Origin: Curvularia clavata | Taxonomy: Eukaryota | Length of the DNA stretch: 64,000 nt | Direction: 5' to 3' | NCBI GenBank assembly: GCA_023920165.1 | Contig: CP089277.1 | Location: 1,302,001-1,366,000 of the forward strand | Shown here: piece after piece, positions 45,224 to 59,104 of the stretch | Position numbering within the stretch: position 1 is the first letter of the stretch | How the letters are laid out: every line of letters starts with the position of its first letter | Translations under genes and position numbers: made by a program | Notes under the pieces: model-generated | Databases searched by the model: none | What the model saw: only the letters and a program-made list of their open reading frames with translations | What the model was told of the DNA's origin: nothing

Positions 45224-45872
45224 GATGGTCTTGGTGTCCAAGGGGGATTTTCAGCGTAAATAACAGTAGTGTGCAGTTGTACTGCGGCGATGTATGTGCA
45301 AGTTAATCAATATCTCGTCCCACGAGTGATAGCTGGCTAGTCGATGAGGCAGAGGCATCCACGGTTCGCATGTCGCGGTGCATGACACGCGGCTCTGAGT
45401 GGACCGTGTAGAACTATAATTATAGGCACCCAGCGTGCTGGGCAGATAGCAACGTGGGGAACAATGACGGTCCGTATCAGATTTCAACGTGGGGGATTAG
45501 CAATATGCTTGGCAAACCACGAAGAAGCATCCTAAGCAAATATGGATATAGTACATGGAGGTGGGCAAGCATCACCCAAAAGGAACACGCAATGACTCAA
45601 GAGTAGTTGAAGAGACGAGAAATCATAGAATTTGCCTGCCGTGACTATAAATATATATGGCTCAACAATTGAGTCGTAAAAGGCATTTGAAAAGGCATTT
45701 CCCCTAGTGGTGACCATACAACGAACATAAGAAAAAAGAAGACATCGCTGTGTCCACAAATAAACCCTTAACCCATCATCCCGGCCGGTAGTGGTTCCTG
45801 AAGAACGCCTTTACGCCAATCGCAAGTCCAAACTCCACAAAGCATCATAAAACCTTCTGAGCGAATTCAGAT

Positions 45873-47804
45873 CTATTCCCGTCCTTCTTGCACAGCACGT
45901 AAGACTGGGTACAAGTTGTGGGCATCGTCATCGCTCATGCGGCGCTCCTGCTCATGCTTGACGTCCTCCTCGTCATCGGAGTAGTCGTGTGCCTCAAGCC
46001 TTTCCTTGAGATAAGCACGGAGCCTCTCTATGACGCGGATGTTCTCAACCCAAGATTGTTGAGATGAGTCACCCTGCTCAGTAGCGGTAGATGAAGACAC
46101 GCTTGGCGAACGGAGGGCAGGGTCAACCTTGGGAGAGTGGAGAGCCAGTTGGTTGACGTTGTGGTGGAGGCTATCTTGCTCAGCATCGTGACGCTCCTTG
46201 GGAGAGCCGCTGTCGCTTGAAGTGTCCATGGAATTGCTCTCGGATCGATCCGGCGCAGCCTTCTGCAGAAGGTTGCCAGAAAATCGTCGACGGTTGTCAG
46301 TGTCGAACGCCGGCGCAAGCCCAGACGATGGGGCTGCAGCAGACATATCCGACATGGCGCTGACAGATGGGAGAGTGGGGTACATGCTGCCAATTGAATT
46401 CCTGGATGTGGGAGAAACTCCGCTGGAGTGTGTTGCGCTAGGAGAGTGCTGAGAACCATAGGACAGAACGCTGGAGGCAGGGGTCAAGGCTGGAGTCTCA
46501 GCGCTAGTAGATCCAATGGCAGTAGCGTGAGAGGATTGAGAGTGGCTAGAAGAGAGGCCAGGCGGTGAGTTGCTGGAGCGGTAGCCGGCGCCAGTGTGGA
46601 TGTAGTGACCAGGATGAGCAACACCAGCTGCAGCAGCGTGGTTAGGGTTCTCGTAGACGGTGCTCTGCAGTTGCTCCAAGAATTGGTCGATGTTGAGGAG
46701 ATCGCTCTTGGTTCTAAGGTTGGGCAGTGGCAGAGAGTAGGGGTGATGCATGGGTGGGTGCTGGCCTTGAGCAACCATGGTGCCCCCGTGGCCATACTCG
46801 CCCATACCTCCCTGGTAGCCGGCGGCGCCAAGAACTGGAAGCTGAACACCCTGGAGGCCCATGAGACGCTGACCAACATCATAGTAAGTGGTAGGGTCAA
46901 TTGCACGGCGCTTGGCATCGCCAAAGAACTCGTTGAGAGCGTCATAAGCAGCACGTTTCCTAATTTCGTAGTCGTTGTTGAGCTGCTGTGACTGGTTTAC
47001 GGCATAGTAGACGGGTCCATAAGCAGAGTTCTGAGGTGGTCCTCCATAGAAGCCAGCCGGAGCGCCACCGGGATGCTGTTGGCCGTAGCCAGCATTGGGC
47101 CCAAGGGCACCATCGGGATATTGATATCCACTCGCTGTAGCGGCAAGCGCCTGCAAGTCAGCGACCACTGTAGTAGTCTGTTAGATATCGAAAGGAGATG
47201 GAGGGAAAAGGTGATTTGAAGAATGGGAATCGTAATGAATCATAGAAGGGTACTTACGTTTGCCGTTCTGGCCAGGGTAGCCTTGGGCGCCGTGGGCGCC
47301 GCCTCGGTTGGGCTCTGGTGAGCGGAGCAAAACGGAGTCGTCTGCGTGAGTCTTGACGTGCTTCTTGAGATCCTGAGGGCGCTTGAAGGCCTTGCCGCAG
47401 AAGTCGCACTTGTGAGGCTTCAGGGGCACGTGAACACGGATGTGCGAGGTAATGTGGTCACGCTTGACGGTTGTAGTGCGGCAATTACCCCACTGGCACG
47501 TCAAATTCAGGTTGTTTGTGCTCTTGCGACCAACGTGGCGCTCACAAACGTGGTCCTATTGATGGTCAGCACACGTTGCAAGATGAGATGGAAATACGAG
47601 CAAAGACTGGAGGGTACTTACGTAGAGCTGCTCGGCGGATGGCAGGCGGTCGCCGCAGTTCTGCCACTGGCAGACAAGCTGGTCGCCAGAGCTGCCGCCG
47701 GCGACAGAGGCAGGCGTAGGAGCATTCTGCTGGACAGGCGTGCCCTGGGGCTGTTGTTGCGGCGTCGAAGCCGCCGCTGGGACGGCGTTCTGGACGTCGC
47801 TCAT
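45873..47804 (-). CDS. pacC: pH-responsive C2H2 transcription factor PacC/Rim101, 591 aa; exons 47804-47622, 47555-47258, 47167-45873
   Basis: Three fingers: CQWQNC...[24 protein letters not shown]...[40 protein letters not shown]. Two YPxL PalA-binding motifs (MYPTL, LYPVL) flank the [12 protein letters not shown] signalling-protease box. Confidence 0.97.
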
Positions 47805-47805
47805 T

Positions 47806-50800
47806 CTTGGCAACGAGTCGAGTAGTTGTTCTGGTGCAGAGAAGACAGACAGGCAGGCCAGAGGGTCTTTGCAAGCAAGACCAGCGGTAGGCCAGAGGAG
47901 TGGGGTGCAAGAAGCGTGTGCTTGGGAGGCAGTGAATAAGAAGAAGGGGAAGAGCGCCGAGACAAGATGGATTTCGCGGGGGGCGCTGAGCGTCTGATGT
48001 AGGGACTGGGCAGTGCTCGGAGCGGAGCTGGTCACCTTGCTCCTGCCAATTTTCTTGGGGCCAAGTTTTAGACTGCCGCGCTAGTGGGCGCTTGGGCCTT
48101 GGCCTAATCAGCCGGTTGCATCCAAAAACCCCTCAGCAACGAATCGGCGCCACCTGCGACTGGCCGTGGGCGACAACTACGCCGAGCCTGCCAGCCCACC
48201 ACGTCTGCTCCCCTTCCCCAGCCGGCCCTCCCGCTGCCCGGTTGCGCGCCTGTACGGCCTCACTTGGACGCTGACCCCCTCCTGGTGCTGCCTGCTGCCA
48301 TCGCCGACGACGTCTTTCTGCCACTCCAGGCCCTCTCGTGGCGAGCGCACAATGCCGCCGTCCTCGCCATCGGCTGCCCAGGAAAAGCGGAGTTCTTGGG
48401 GGCGACGGCGGAGTTTCTTGTCTGCCTGCCCACATCCTCTCAGCCGTCGGCAAAGGGTGCATGCATACTACATACAGTGGCGACGCCTGCCGACAAGCAT
48501 GCCCCGCCATCCCCTTCGAGACGTTACCCTCAGTACAGGCCCAGCAGACACTGCCGAGGCGCACTCCCGGGAACCAGGCATGCTATGCTCTTTTCTACCT
48601 GTCTGCCCGCCACTTGGCCCTATCGACCTAGGTCCATGTAAGCAGCAGCTTCCAGCGCTCCGTGTGCGCGTATGCTGCTGTACTACATAGTTGTATTTCC
48701 CTCCCAGCCCACATCCCAGCAGGGCGTCACACGTAACTCTGACGCCTCGAAACCACGCCGTCTCCACGAGCGCCTGGACGGTCGTGGTTCACTAGCACAC
48801 CTCTCCCTGTGTCGGAACAAACTCCAACATCAAACTTACGCTGCCTCCATCCACGTCCATCGGCCGCTCTAACGGAGCCGCATCGCGTGCACCTTGAGTG
48901 GTTCGAGAAGCCGTTTCAAGCGTGCCACCGGCCAGCCAACACGGACGGCGCACCAGACGTCGACAATTCGTTGGCTACACAGGCGTCGATATTGCTAATA
49001 TGCGAGCGGGATTCCGCTGCCCACTTGGCAATTGTTCCAGCCAAGAGTGCCCAGAAAATTTGAGGGTATTGGCATTATGGCTGTGCCAGCTCCATCCACT
49101 TCTGCTAGCCCCGTCTCAGGCCATCGCTCCGACATTGCACTCTTGCCCCCTTCCCCCAACCAGTCTGTTACACACATGCCACCAGTCATTGAAGCGTTCA
49201 ACATAGATTTGCACCGACCATGTCAACTTACAAGTTGGGCTGAGGTGGTTGCAGTTCATACGCTATTTCTTGGCGAGCTCCTTTTGCATCATGAACCGTA
49301 AAGCATGGTTTTACAGCCATACAAGTATATGCGCACCATTGCCATGCTCTCCATCGCAGTCGCCTGGGGATGGGACCGACTGGATGTCATCTTGTTGATG
49401 ACTTCAGCCACCTTCGTAAGCCAAATTTGCACCGCCACGTGGATGCGAACACACGTCTGTACCACCGCAGAATGACGAGCGCCATGGACGCTTGCAGGTC
49501 TGTTTACGTCGGGCGCATGTCTTGGTCTGATTGCGGAATTTCTTGGGAACCAAGAGCGGGACCTGCGCATGGAATCACTTGCCAAGCTGCACACACACAG
49601 ACACGAACTCTTTAGCAGCCCACATTCGAACAAAACAACTGGCCCCCTATTGTCTGGTGGAGAAAACGGCTAGGTGCGGGGCTCTGAAGCTCACGGCATG
49701 GATGCCGAGCCAGATTCTGTATCCGGACGGTAAACTCGCGGTCTTTCTCTCAAGAATCGGGGTTGTTTTCTTGCCAATGTATTTTTTTTTCTCTAGCACC
49801 TCCTCCTTGTGGCAGTTACATTACAGCATTCGTAACAGACAAACGTTAGTGCTCACAGCCAAGAACATCACACGAGTATACAGACGGGAGATCCCTTCTT
49901 CGTAATCATAAATGCTAACCGTCTCACTACCAAACGGAAAAGGACCGGTGCTCATGAGGGGCCGGGGTCTGTGACAAATGCTTTTTGCCTAGCAGTACAG
50001 ATTGTATCAATGAAAAATAGGAGACGGTGGTGCTTACGTCTTGAGATGTCTGATAAGAGGACGCGTCGACAGGCGTAAGATGAATCATGCTAAAGGAGGC
50101 GCTGTAACGTACGTGGCCCTTGGCGTGTAATATATTGATAAGACGGAGTGATGTGAGAATGGTCGCGTGGATAACATGGTAGTGGCTGGGTTGCCGAATG
50201 TTTTTGTGCTATGACATGGGCTTGGGCTTGATGTTATATTCAACGACATGATACAGTCCATTTTTCATTCTTAAGTACTTCCTCCCTTCCTTTCAAAGGA
50301 GAAGGGAACAACTCTGCAAAGTGATCATGTGCATCAGCTCATGCCGTTATGTTCCTACCAGCCACCTGCTCTTTTCTTTAATGTTCACTGCACATGCCGA
50401 AATTTGAGATACGAGCGAGGCAATGATGCTTTCAGAGTGTCTGTCACCGATGTTGTGGTGGAGCAGTTGTCATTTTCCCTCTAAGATCAACTCGTCCATG
50501 GTGTAAGCTTGAAGAGAAAGCTCAAATACTCTGTGGCACCAGAGAAAATAACAGCGAGGAGTGCGGTTTGCTTGTCCATGTCCAAGTGAGCGAGAAGCAA
50601 ATGCCATCGTCATCGCTACAAACGCTGTGCCGATACCGTGTTTCGCCACTCTTATACTGTCACTATCTACTATCCTCCACATGCACCATAAATACTCCAA
50701 AATCCCTCACTCTTCCATCAAGCACTCCTTTCCTCTCAGCTCAAGCAAGGGTGGCCTCCTGGCCTAATCGACACTGGGTTCCAAAAAAATTAAACCCCCC

Positions 50801-50872
50801 CCCCTCCCCCCTTGAGACTGCTAACAGGCATAGGGCACATCACCCAGTGTCATAGAATAATGATGAGCCAGG
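47806..50872. promoter_or_regulatory. pacC upstream region with 12 PacC consensus sites (GCCARG)
   Basis: GCCAAG or its complement at 47806, 48060, 48098, 48613, 49024, 49040, 49269, 49581, 49858 and 50119. GCCAGG or its complement at 50758 and 50867. Confidence 0.75.
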
Positions 50873-51155
50873 AGGCTACCCAGAGTTCGAATCCAACAAA
50901 TAGAAGACGCTGGGAGGAGAGGGTGTTTGATTTTTGCTATTTTTGGCGACAGTAAAGGTGGTTGTTTGCGACTAGAAGAACAACAGCGCCAACGACTGCA
51001 AGGCATTGCTATGATTTCTCTTTTCATGTAATTGAACAGTGGGACTTGCGAGGCAATAGATTGTCGGAGGCAGAGATATAATTCTGAGCAAGTCTAATCA
51101 TATGAAGAATCTTTATTTCAAACAAAGTCTATCTATCTAGCATTGCCCTCTATCA

Positions 51156-52599
51156 TCACAAGCCAATCTCCTCAGGCTTCCCCACACCGTTAAACACACC
51201 CAACTTCTCGAGCTCCTGCATTGAGAGTTTTGGCATAGGACTCACAGCATCAGCGCGCTGAAGCGCACTCTCGATGCTGCCCCAAAAGGCGTCGAGATCG
51301 ACTCCCCTAGGTATCCTACAACCACCCTGACCAGGTGGGAGTTTAGTCACTTTTGTTCTGCCCAGTTCACCGACCTTGGATTTGTCGGGTGAGTGGATAC
51401 CCTCGGTGACAATGTCGACTTGGAAGCGCTCGCCGTTCCGGTCGTCGAAGATGGACGGGTTGTATGCCGCGGCTACAGCGAGGGGGTCGTGCAAGGGCGG
51501 GCCCTCGGTGATGGAAAAGACCTCTGCGTAGGTGCCGGCGAAGAAGGACATGGTTTGAGTGAAGAGGGCGCGCAGCGGCGATGGCGTCAGGTCGGCTTTT
51601 GGGGTGGAGGGATCCCATATCTTTTCCCCGTAGAGAAGCGTTTTGCGGATTTTGCTGGTGCCGAGGACTTGGTGGGTTAGGTCAAGTGGGATTAGAGTCG
51701 TTTTGGGCTGGAGGATGGGGTGCGAGAAGATGAAGTGGGATGCTTCGGGGTCACACTGTGGGTGTTAGTATTGGTTGAGATAAGTTTAGGAATGGACGTT
51801 TACATAGATCTGTAGTGTGTTAGCTATGGTTCAAGAAGATCAGTGCGAGGATAGAGAGTTTACATTGAACTCAGCATAAGGTGTCCAGTTGCCAAATCTC
51901 TCCCCTTCACCTTGTACCATACCCATTGGGGCGTCTGTGAAGCCTCCACCGACAGCGCCTCCCATGATACTAAGGCCTTTAATGTGGGCTGCTAGGTCAG
52001 GATACTTCTGGAACAGCAGCCCAATATTAGTCAAGGTGCCTGTGGAAACGAGCCAGGCCGTGTCCGGGGCTGTAGCGATGAGCGCCCGGTACGCAGCTTC
52101 GAGATGGTCGACATCGGTGGCTGCTGGCTCAACTGGCTGCGGTAGCAAAGTGACTCCATCTAAACCAGACTCGCCTGCACATATGTTAGTACATGTTCAC
52201 GGTGTCTTCAGTCGCACGGCTACCGTGGATATCAGCTGCATGTACAGCATCCCGCACAATGGGCTTCGCGGCACCCGAGTAGACTTTGACATCACGCCTG
52301 CCTATAGCTTCGAGGATCGCCCTGGTGTTGTACGTCGTCTGGTCAAGTGCAGCATTACCATGGACTGTGCTCACACCAAGCAGCTGCACTCGAGGGTCGT
52401 GGGCACAGAGGAGAAGCGCATATGCATCCTGAGGCACAAATCATAAGCATTGGGAAGGCCACGATGCAGCTATCACACGTACATCATGTCCGGTATCCTT
52501 GTGGGGCAAAGGTCAGTAATGGATGTGAGGGAGATGCAAGCAGGTACACACGCAGTCGAGCCAGATTGGCGTCTTTGGAGTAACCGCAGCAGCAGACAT
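51156..52599 (-). CDS. Inosine/uridine-preferring nucleoside hydrolase (Urh1-like), 394 aa; exons 52599-52552, 52497-52483, 52428-52224, 52174-51864, 51809-51804, 51755-51156
   Basis: Spliced motifs WLDC|DTGHD|DA, STVHGN, IH|GESGLDG, TGTLTN, IMGG, AEFN|IY|CDPEA and PPLHDPLAV. Confidence 0.92.
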
Positions 52600-53136
52600 T
52601 GTAAATATATTGCAATGATTTACCAATGATGACCCGGCTGAGAGGCGGCTTGTACGACATGCAGCGCCATACGCTACTCGGCCATGCAGGGCGGCATTTA
52701 GTGGGATTGCCGAGCTGCCACTCCAGCCCATAGGCCGGCAACAACGAAGAGCTCTTGAATACACGCCTCTCTATTCAGCTTCAGGCCGTCAACCCTACGA
52801 GACGACCAGATTGAAGTTCTCAAAGGAAACGGAAAGACCGGATGTGGGGCGAAGGGGGGGTTAGAGAACTACCCGGTTCCGTTGAGCGCATTTCGATTGG
52901 CTTATCGCCCCCTTTGGCGCCGTCAGTCAGCGTTGCATCCAGGTCCAAAAAGTCTAGCCTTCAGCGCAACACCGACACTGTGGCCGTGACACGTACACAA
53001 CAGCACTTCGCATCTACATCTTGAACTTGCCTCTCAGCAACCTCGCTGCTAGAGCTCTCTGTCCAGCTGCGGAGTCGGCCGAGCACCGGGAGCAAAGCTG
53101 CAAGAAGCTCCTATTGCATGCTTTGACAAAACCAGT

Positions 53137-55098
53137 ATGGATCTCCTCAGGCGCCACGAAGGCCACCACGAGGTGCAGAAAGACCAGTACTGGGCCTTTG
53201 GATACTACTTTGAAACTCTCAACGACAAGCAGAAGCACCAACGGCGCGAGTATCTTGACTGGTATGGATTCGCTGCGCAATGGTCGGTGCTGGCGATCTT
53301 TGCGCTGTTCCAGATGGCCTTCGCTGTGTCATGGTTGATGAAGAGCGGCTTGAAGTATGATCAACCAAAATCTCCTTCTTTCACGAAACCTCCACCTGGA
53401 CGACTGGGCTGGCTGAGACGGATGCACAGCGGGTGCAACAAGGCCCTGTGGTGGATGCAAAAAGACATTGTCAAAGGCTGGGCTTGGGGAACAAGAGGCG
53501 AATGGATTGGGGCGACTGTTTGGACAGTGTGGCTGTTGTATCTCTGCATTGCGCACACGGGAAAAGGTACGTTTGCATCTGCTCGCTGACATTGTCCTCT
53601 GTGTGACCAAGAATATCTAGACTACCTCCATCTGACCAAGCGGTTTGGGCAGATTGGCGCATCACAGCTGCCATTTCACTACCTGCTGGCAATGCGAGCA
53701 CCTTACAGTCCAGTGCAGTACCTAACGCGCCTGTCGCATGAACAGCTCAAGGCGTCACATCAAATCCTAGGACGCATTGTGTTCCTCTTCTTCGTGTTGC
53801 ACACGGCATTCTATCTCAACTTCTTCGTTTTGTCGGGCGTCCTCGCCAAGCGCATCAAGGAGTTCGACGTGATCTGGGGTCTCGTCAGTATCCTCCTCTT
53901 CTCCGCCATCAGCACCACCGCCTTGGGTTTCGTGCGAAGGAGGAACTACCGAGTCTTCTACATTTCACACATTGCCATTGCCAACTTCATCATTGTCCCA
54001 CTATTTCTCCATGTCTCTCATATCCGCGTCTACGTATTTGAGATTATTGCGGTAGAGGCTCTGCACCTCATCTTCCGAGCTTTGCGTCTTAAGACGTACC
54101 AGGGCACTCTGAAGCTTCTTCCTGGCACCAATCTGGTCCAGGTTCGAATTCCACTGCCAGCAGAAAGCGGCGCTCTTGGTTGGAAGCCAGGGCAGCACGT
54201 ATACCTCAGCAAACCAGGACCGAAAGGCAAGACTCCTACATGGTACGACCAGTGGCTGGCGATCAACAAGACGAATCCCTTTACAGTGGCGTCTCTCCCG
54301 TCCCACGACAAAGAACTACTACTGGTTGCGAGGACACTGAATGGAAATACAAAATATCTTGCCGAGCTGGCGCGATCGTTGTCACAGGGGGGAAGCAACG
54401 TACCCATGCTGCCTACAGCTGGTGGGGACATCCCAATATTGCCACTCAGCTTGGAAGGCCCATATGGTGGATCGACGCGGCTTCCCGATTTGTCTGATTA
54501 CGACAGAGTGCTTTTGGTAGCTGGTGGCGTTGGGGCCACATTCATCATGCCCGTCTACAGGAGCATTCTTGAGCTTCAAGGCCCGACGCTCTTGGGCACT
54601 CAGGTCCGATTTGTGTGGGCGGTCCAGAAGCTCGCCGAGACGCAGTGGGCATTTCCTGCCAGCTCTTCCTCTGGCGACAAGGAGGAGGAAGGCGGTGACA
54701 ATGAAGAAGATAGTGAGAATGGGCTGCTGCACGGACCGAGCAACGTCGAGGTGTACGTGACACGGCCAGCGGGGCCAAACTTGCAAGTGGAGCCGAGTGT
54801 GTCTGGGACGTTTGCCGTCGACTCTGACGACGAAGAGGGAGAAGCCATTGAGATGCAGGAGAATGAGCAGCTGCTGAGCATGGAGGAGCAGATGGAAAAG
54901 CCACGCAAGGGCATGGCGATCAAGAGTGGCAGGCCCAATCTCAGGGGCATTGTGGACGAGGTGTTCAGCAAGGGCGTCAGGACGGCTGTGATTTGCTGTG
55001 GGCCGAAGCGGATGACGGACGAGCTAAGAGGCAGTGTCGAGGTGTGGGTGAAGAAGGGCCATGACGTGTTTTGGTACGATGAAACGTTTGGTTGGTAG
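53137..55098 (+). CDS. Ferric-reductase-like transmembrane flavocytochrome (Fre8/Aim14-type), 635 aa; exons 53137-53566, 53621-55098
   Basis: TM helices with paired His residues (HQILGR..LHTAFY; SHIAIA..LFLH), PGQHVYL, NPFTVAS (FAD), LEGPYG, VAGGVGAT (NADPH), CGP and a terminal ETFGW. Confidence 0.88.
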
Positions 55099-56287
55099 TC
55101 GGATGTAGCTCCATGGACGTGGCATCAAACACGGTCGTATTTTTAATCGCCATCATGTCTGGTTGTGCCATGGATGCGACTCAGAGTCGGCCGTTGGCGC
55201 GGGTCGTGGGTCGCGGGCGGTAGCACCGGCTATGCACTACTATGCGTGCTCCCGGCAGGGCAGAGGGTGAGTTGGTTGCATGTTGCTGGGTTGGCTGGCA
55301 GAGAGTGTGCAGACGAGCCTCTAGACCGGGTCCACGGCGGACCAGCCGCGGCACCCTGAGCCGTTGGCGGAGACTATCTGGCCAGGAACGGGGAAGGCGC
55401 AGGGAGACGGAAGCTTGTCCAACAGCTGCGCATGGGCCGGCTGGTGTGCACAACACGTGCAATAATCCAACCCGTTCATGCTTGTGCATCCAATTTGCCC
55501 GTCGGTCCCTTTGGTGTTTTGCTGCCGGCCAAGAGGGGGGGAGACGGCCACGGCCCCAGCACCAGAGGAAGCTGGGCGCACATAGAAAGAGAGAGACGGC
55601 GCCGTGAGGGAGCTGGAGCCGACAGGCACTCTTTTTTTTTTGCTTCTTCATAGTAGGGCGATGCAGCCACATACAAATGGGGGCGTCCAGGAGGCGGACG
55701 CCATGATGGTCGGAGACAGGGCTGCCAGATTAGTCGAGGCCCCGGACATGGAGGCTGCCAAGCGCGAATCACCATCGGGCCTCGCGGTGAGCTTTGGACA
55801 TGGCTCTGCGCTCGCGCCCTCAAGTCGTCTCCTCCTTACGGGCTCTCTCATCCCGTCGCGACTTGCTCACTGAATCTCTGTTTGCAGCTGCTGGACGCTG
55901 AGCACGCGACGCCGAGTCTTCGATCGCTACCCTTCTTCTCCTTCACCCCCAATCCCCCATTGTCCTTGTCCATTGTCCCCGTCTTTTCTTGCATCTTTTA
56001 ATAGCCAGCCACCACTCGACCGCGTGCCCTGCAGGGAACTGCTTGCAACGCGCATTCACTGCAAACCCCCCTCACAGCCTCGGACCAGCATCCCCACACC
56101 TGCTGTGCCCTCTGTTCCCTGTCGCCCATGACACTCTGCTGGTAGCCACACGCCTGCGCCTACAACCGCCCTCACTACTTAGCTCTCGGCCGCCTCATTC
56201 TCGGTCCTTGACCGTCACCGCCCTCCGCCCCAGTCCAAAACACGCCCGACTGTACTTTGATACTGCCCTCCCCTAGCTGCACCGTCT

Positions 56288-58219
56288 ATGGCTGCCCTCG
56301 CCTCCTCTCGCCAGACAGCAGCCCCCATCCAGCAGCCCACGCCGCCCAGCAGCTCTCACGGCGGACGGGGCTCGTGGGATTTTGCTGTCCCCGTCAACAA
56401 CTTGGTGCGTACCCACCCTCACTTCTTTGTTGTCAAGCCTGCGTCATGGGATCCCCAGCAATCGTGGCCTCTGCACTAGATTGCGCTACTGCCGCTCCCG
56501 ACCGTGGCGCCTTCCCATCGCCAAGTTTGCCTACTTGCCACAACATTCACGCTTTCCCTTTATGATGTCAAGACGCATGGCCTAGCCTGCTAACCGCTCC
56601 CACAGAGAGAATCGCTCGACCACGACCGTTGCATGTCTGAGTACGGCGCCTCCACCCACGGCGCCCCTCAGTCCTACACCTCTCAGGCAAACGGCTTTGC
56701 ACAGCCCGTACGCTCACCCACCTGGGACTCGCAGGATCTGGGTCGATCCCATTTGGTTCCCGACCGTGTCAACGAACTGCACAAGAAGAAGAGCGGTGAA
56801 ATGATTGCCAGCAACAGCGACCAGGACAGCGTCTTGGAGTACTACAAGACTCACACCAACAACAAGCGGGGCCCTGCCAGCATCAAAGGAAAGCCCAAGA
56901 AGAAGTCGACCAAGGGCAGCCAGACGGACGTCGAGTATGACGAAGATAACTGGATACATCGAGACAAGCTCAAAGAGATTGAGACCCGCGAACTAGAAGA
57001 GGCAGGCTTCAGAGTCGGCCGCTCCAGCAGGTCCAACAGCCGCCGCTCACAAAGCACAGGTCGTCGTGCACGAGACCGTACAAATTCCGAATCCACCGAA
57101 CGTACTCAGAATGGCGACGAGCGCCACGAGCCGAGGAAGCGTGTGTCCACCATACCGGCTGGTGACGAGGAGGCATACGAGGAGGATTACCATACTGGAA
57201 GCCCAAACTCCCAAGGCGAAACGGTAGAATTCCAGCCCATGGCCTCCAAGGGCAACCACACTGTGAGACCTAGTACTTCTCGCATTCCCTTGCCCAAGAC
57301 CAGTGGCATCCCTGTTCCTGCCTCGGTCGCAGAGCGCGATGCACCGCTTCCCCGGTCTAGATCAGGCAGTGCCCACATGAACGGCGATTCGATTGCTACC
57401 ATGGGTGCACGTGTGCGTAGTGGCAGTGTCGGCAGCCAGGTTTTACTGGACGACTACGAGGATGGAAATCCACGTTATGGCGGCCACAGGCGCAATACTT
57501 CAACCGGAAGCATGTCTCCACCTAAATCACCACAAAAGTCGCCCGTTAAAGGCAAAGCACCAACTAAACCGAACACGAATGCGTCTTCATCGCGAAAAAC
57601 CAGTGTCCAGAAGAAGCAGACGAAGCCTCGTACTACGTCCAGTACTTCGCCTCCTAACAGGCGTCCTGGTACAAGTGGTAACGGAATTGCAACACGTCCT
57701 ACCACTGCTCACCGACCAGAAGGAGAGGCACCCTGGATAGCATCCATGTACAAACCGGACCCCCGTCTCCCTCCTGACCAGCAGATCATTCCAACCCATG
57801 CAAAGCGAATGCAACAGGAGCAGTGGGAGAATGAGGGTCGGGTTGGTTCAATGTACGACAAGGACTTCCGTCTGTTGAACGATGATGACATGATGAACAA
57901 GAGGCTTTCACAGCTTGCTGACCTTGACCCTGTCGCCATTGAGAAGGCTCGGCAAGACGAGGCTTGGCCCCTTCCAAGCCCTACAAAGACCGAGTCGTCA
58001 CCAACGGAGAAGGCAGATACCAACACAGCCAAATCTCCGACCATGGAACAGAGTGCCTACAAATTGACCCCGACAATACCTCAGGGAGTCGACCGTGCTC
58101 CTTCGCCCAAAATGGCACCTCCCATCTCACCCCCGCAGCCAAAGTCGGAAGTTACCCGCGTGCCCGAGCCAAAGGAAGAACCCAAAGAGAAGAAGGGCCT
58201 GTGCTGCATCGTCATGTAG
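56288..58219 (+). CDS. teaR: Prenylated cell-end marker receptor TeaR/Mod5-like, 576 aa; exons 56288-56404, 56606-58219
   Basis: C-terminal CCIVM CaaX box. Blocks DNWIHRDKL and RPEGEAPWIASMYKPDPRLPPDQQIIPTHA recalled from TeaR homologues. The upstream exon splices in frame. Confidence 0.78.
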
Positions 58220-59104
58220 CTTTTTGCTACCTCATTATACCCTTTCCTTAGTATTTTGTTCATACCAACTGCGTTCAAAAACAGGTTTCCTTTCGTGTAT
58301 GGCGTTATTGGCGCACAGCCTTGGCTGGGTAGCCCGCATTCGTCCCCATTTTCATCTTCTGCGCAGACCGGGGCTGATAGCGTTTCAGCGACTTGTTTCA
58401 TATCTTTGTCAATTACCCTCTTTCCTTTTTTTTTTCTCTCGGCCCTTGATAACTTTTTGTCTGATTGGCAGGTGTATTGTTTTTTCTTCTTGGTTTCAGG
58501 ACCCCATACATCCATGAGCATATCCACACGGCAGATCGCCAGCATTTTCCTTTTCTTTCATTTCATCATACAGAGAGACGGACGTCTAATGTCCAAGACT
58601 AGCAATGGTCAGAGAGGGGAATAAGTTTCATTGGAGGAGCGAGACAGGGCTGCGGCAGGTCCAAGCAAAAGCGACGAAGCCTTGTCTGGTGGTGAATTTA
58701 TAGATATATAATGATACCAGTCATGCAATCTCAACTCCCTACAGTGGCATTAGTGAATTAAGTCTGATAGTGCAAGGCTTGTAAGAAAGGTGGAGTTTTC
58801 GATAGTATGCATTGATCGAGGCTGGGAGGTGAAAAAAAGAAAAAAGCTTTGCCACCACATACAAAGTTCTTGGCCGTGCTGTGAGGAAGGACTATCTTTC
58901 CCTTGGCACAGCCTTGTTCTGTCGTCGGCGTTGAGAATCGATACCATATCACGTGACGCCATCACCACTAGCCTCTCGCTTGTCGGAACTCCCCACACCC
59001 GCCAGGCCAATTTCAGCTCGGCGAATCGCTGAACTTTTCGAACTTCTTCTTTATCATCACCACCCACTCTTCGAGGAACACCCGACAGATCAAAATCACA
59101 CATC

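Noticed and set aside
47805..48035. Open frame upstream of the pacC ATG as a non-AUG extension
   Set aside because: The translation looks like ordinary pyrimidine-rich 5' UTR, with no recognisable targeting signal or strong initiation context.
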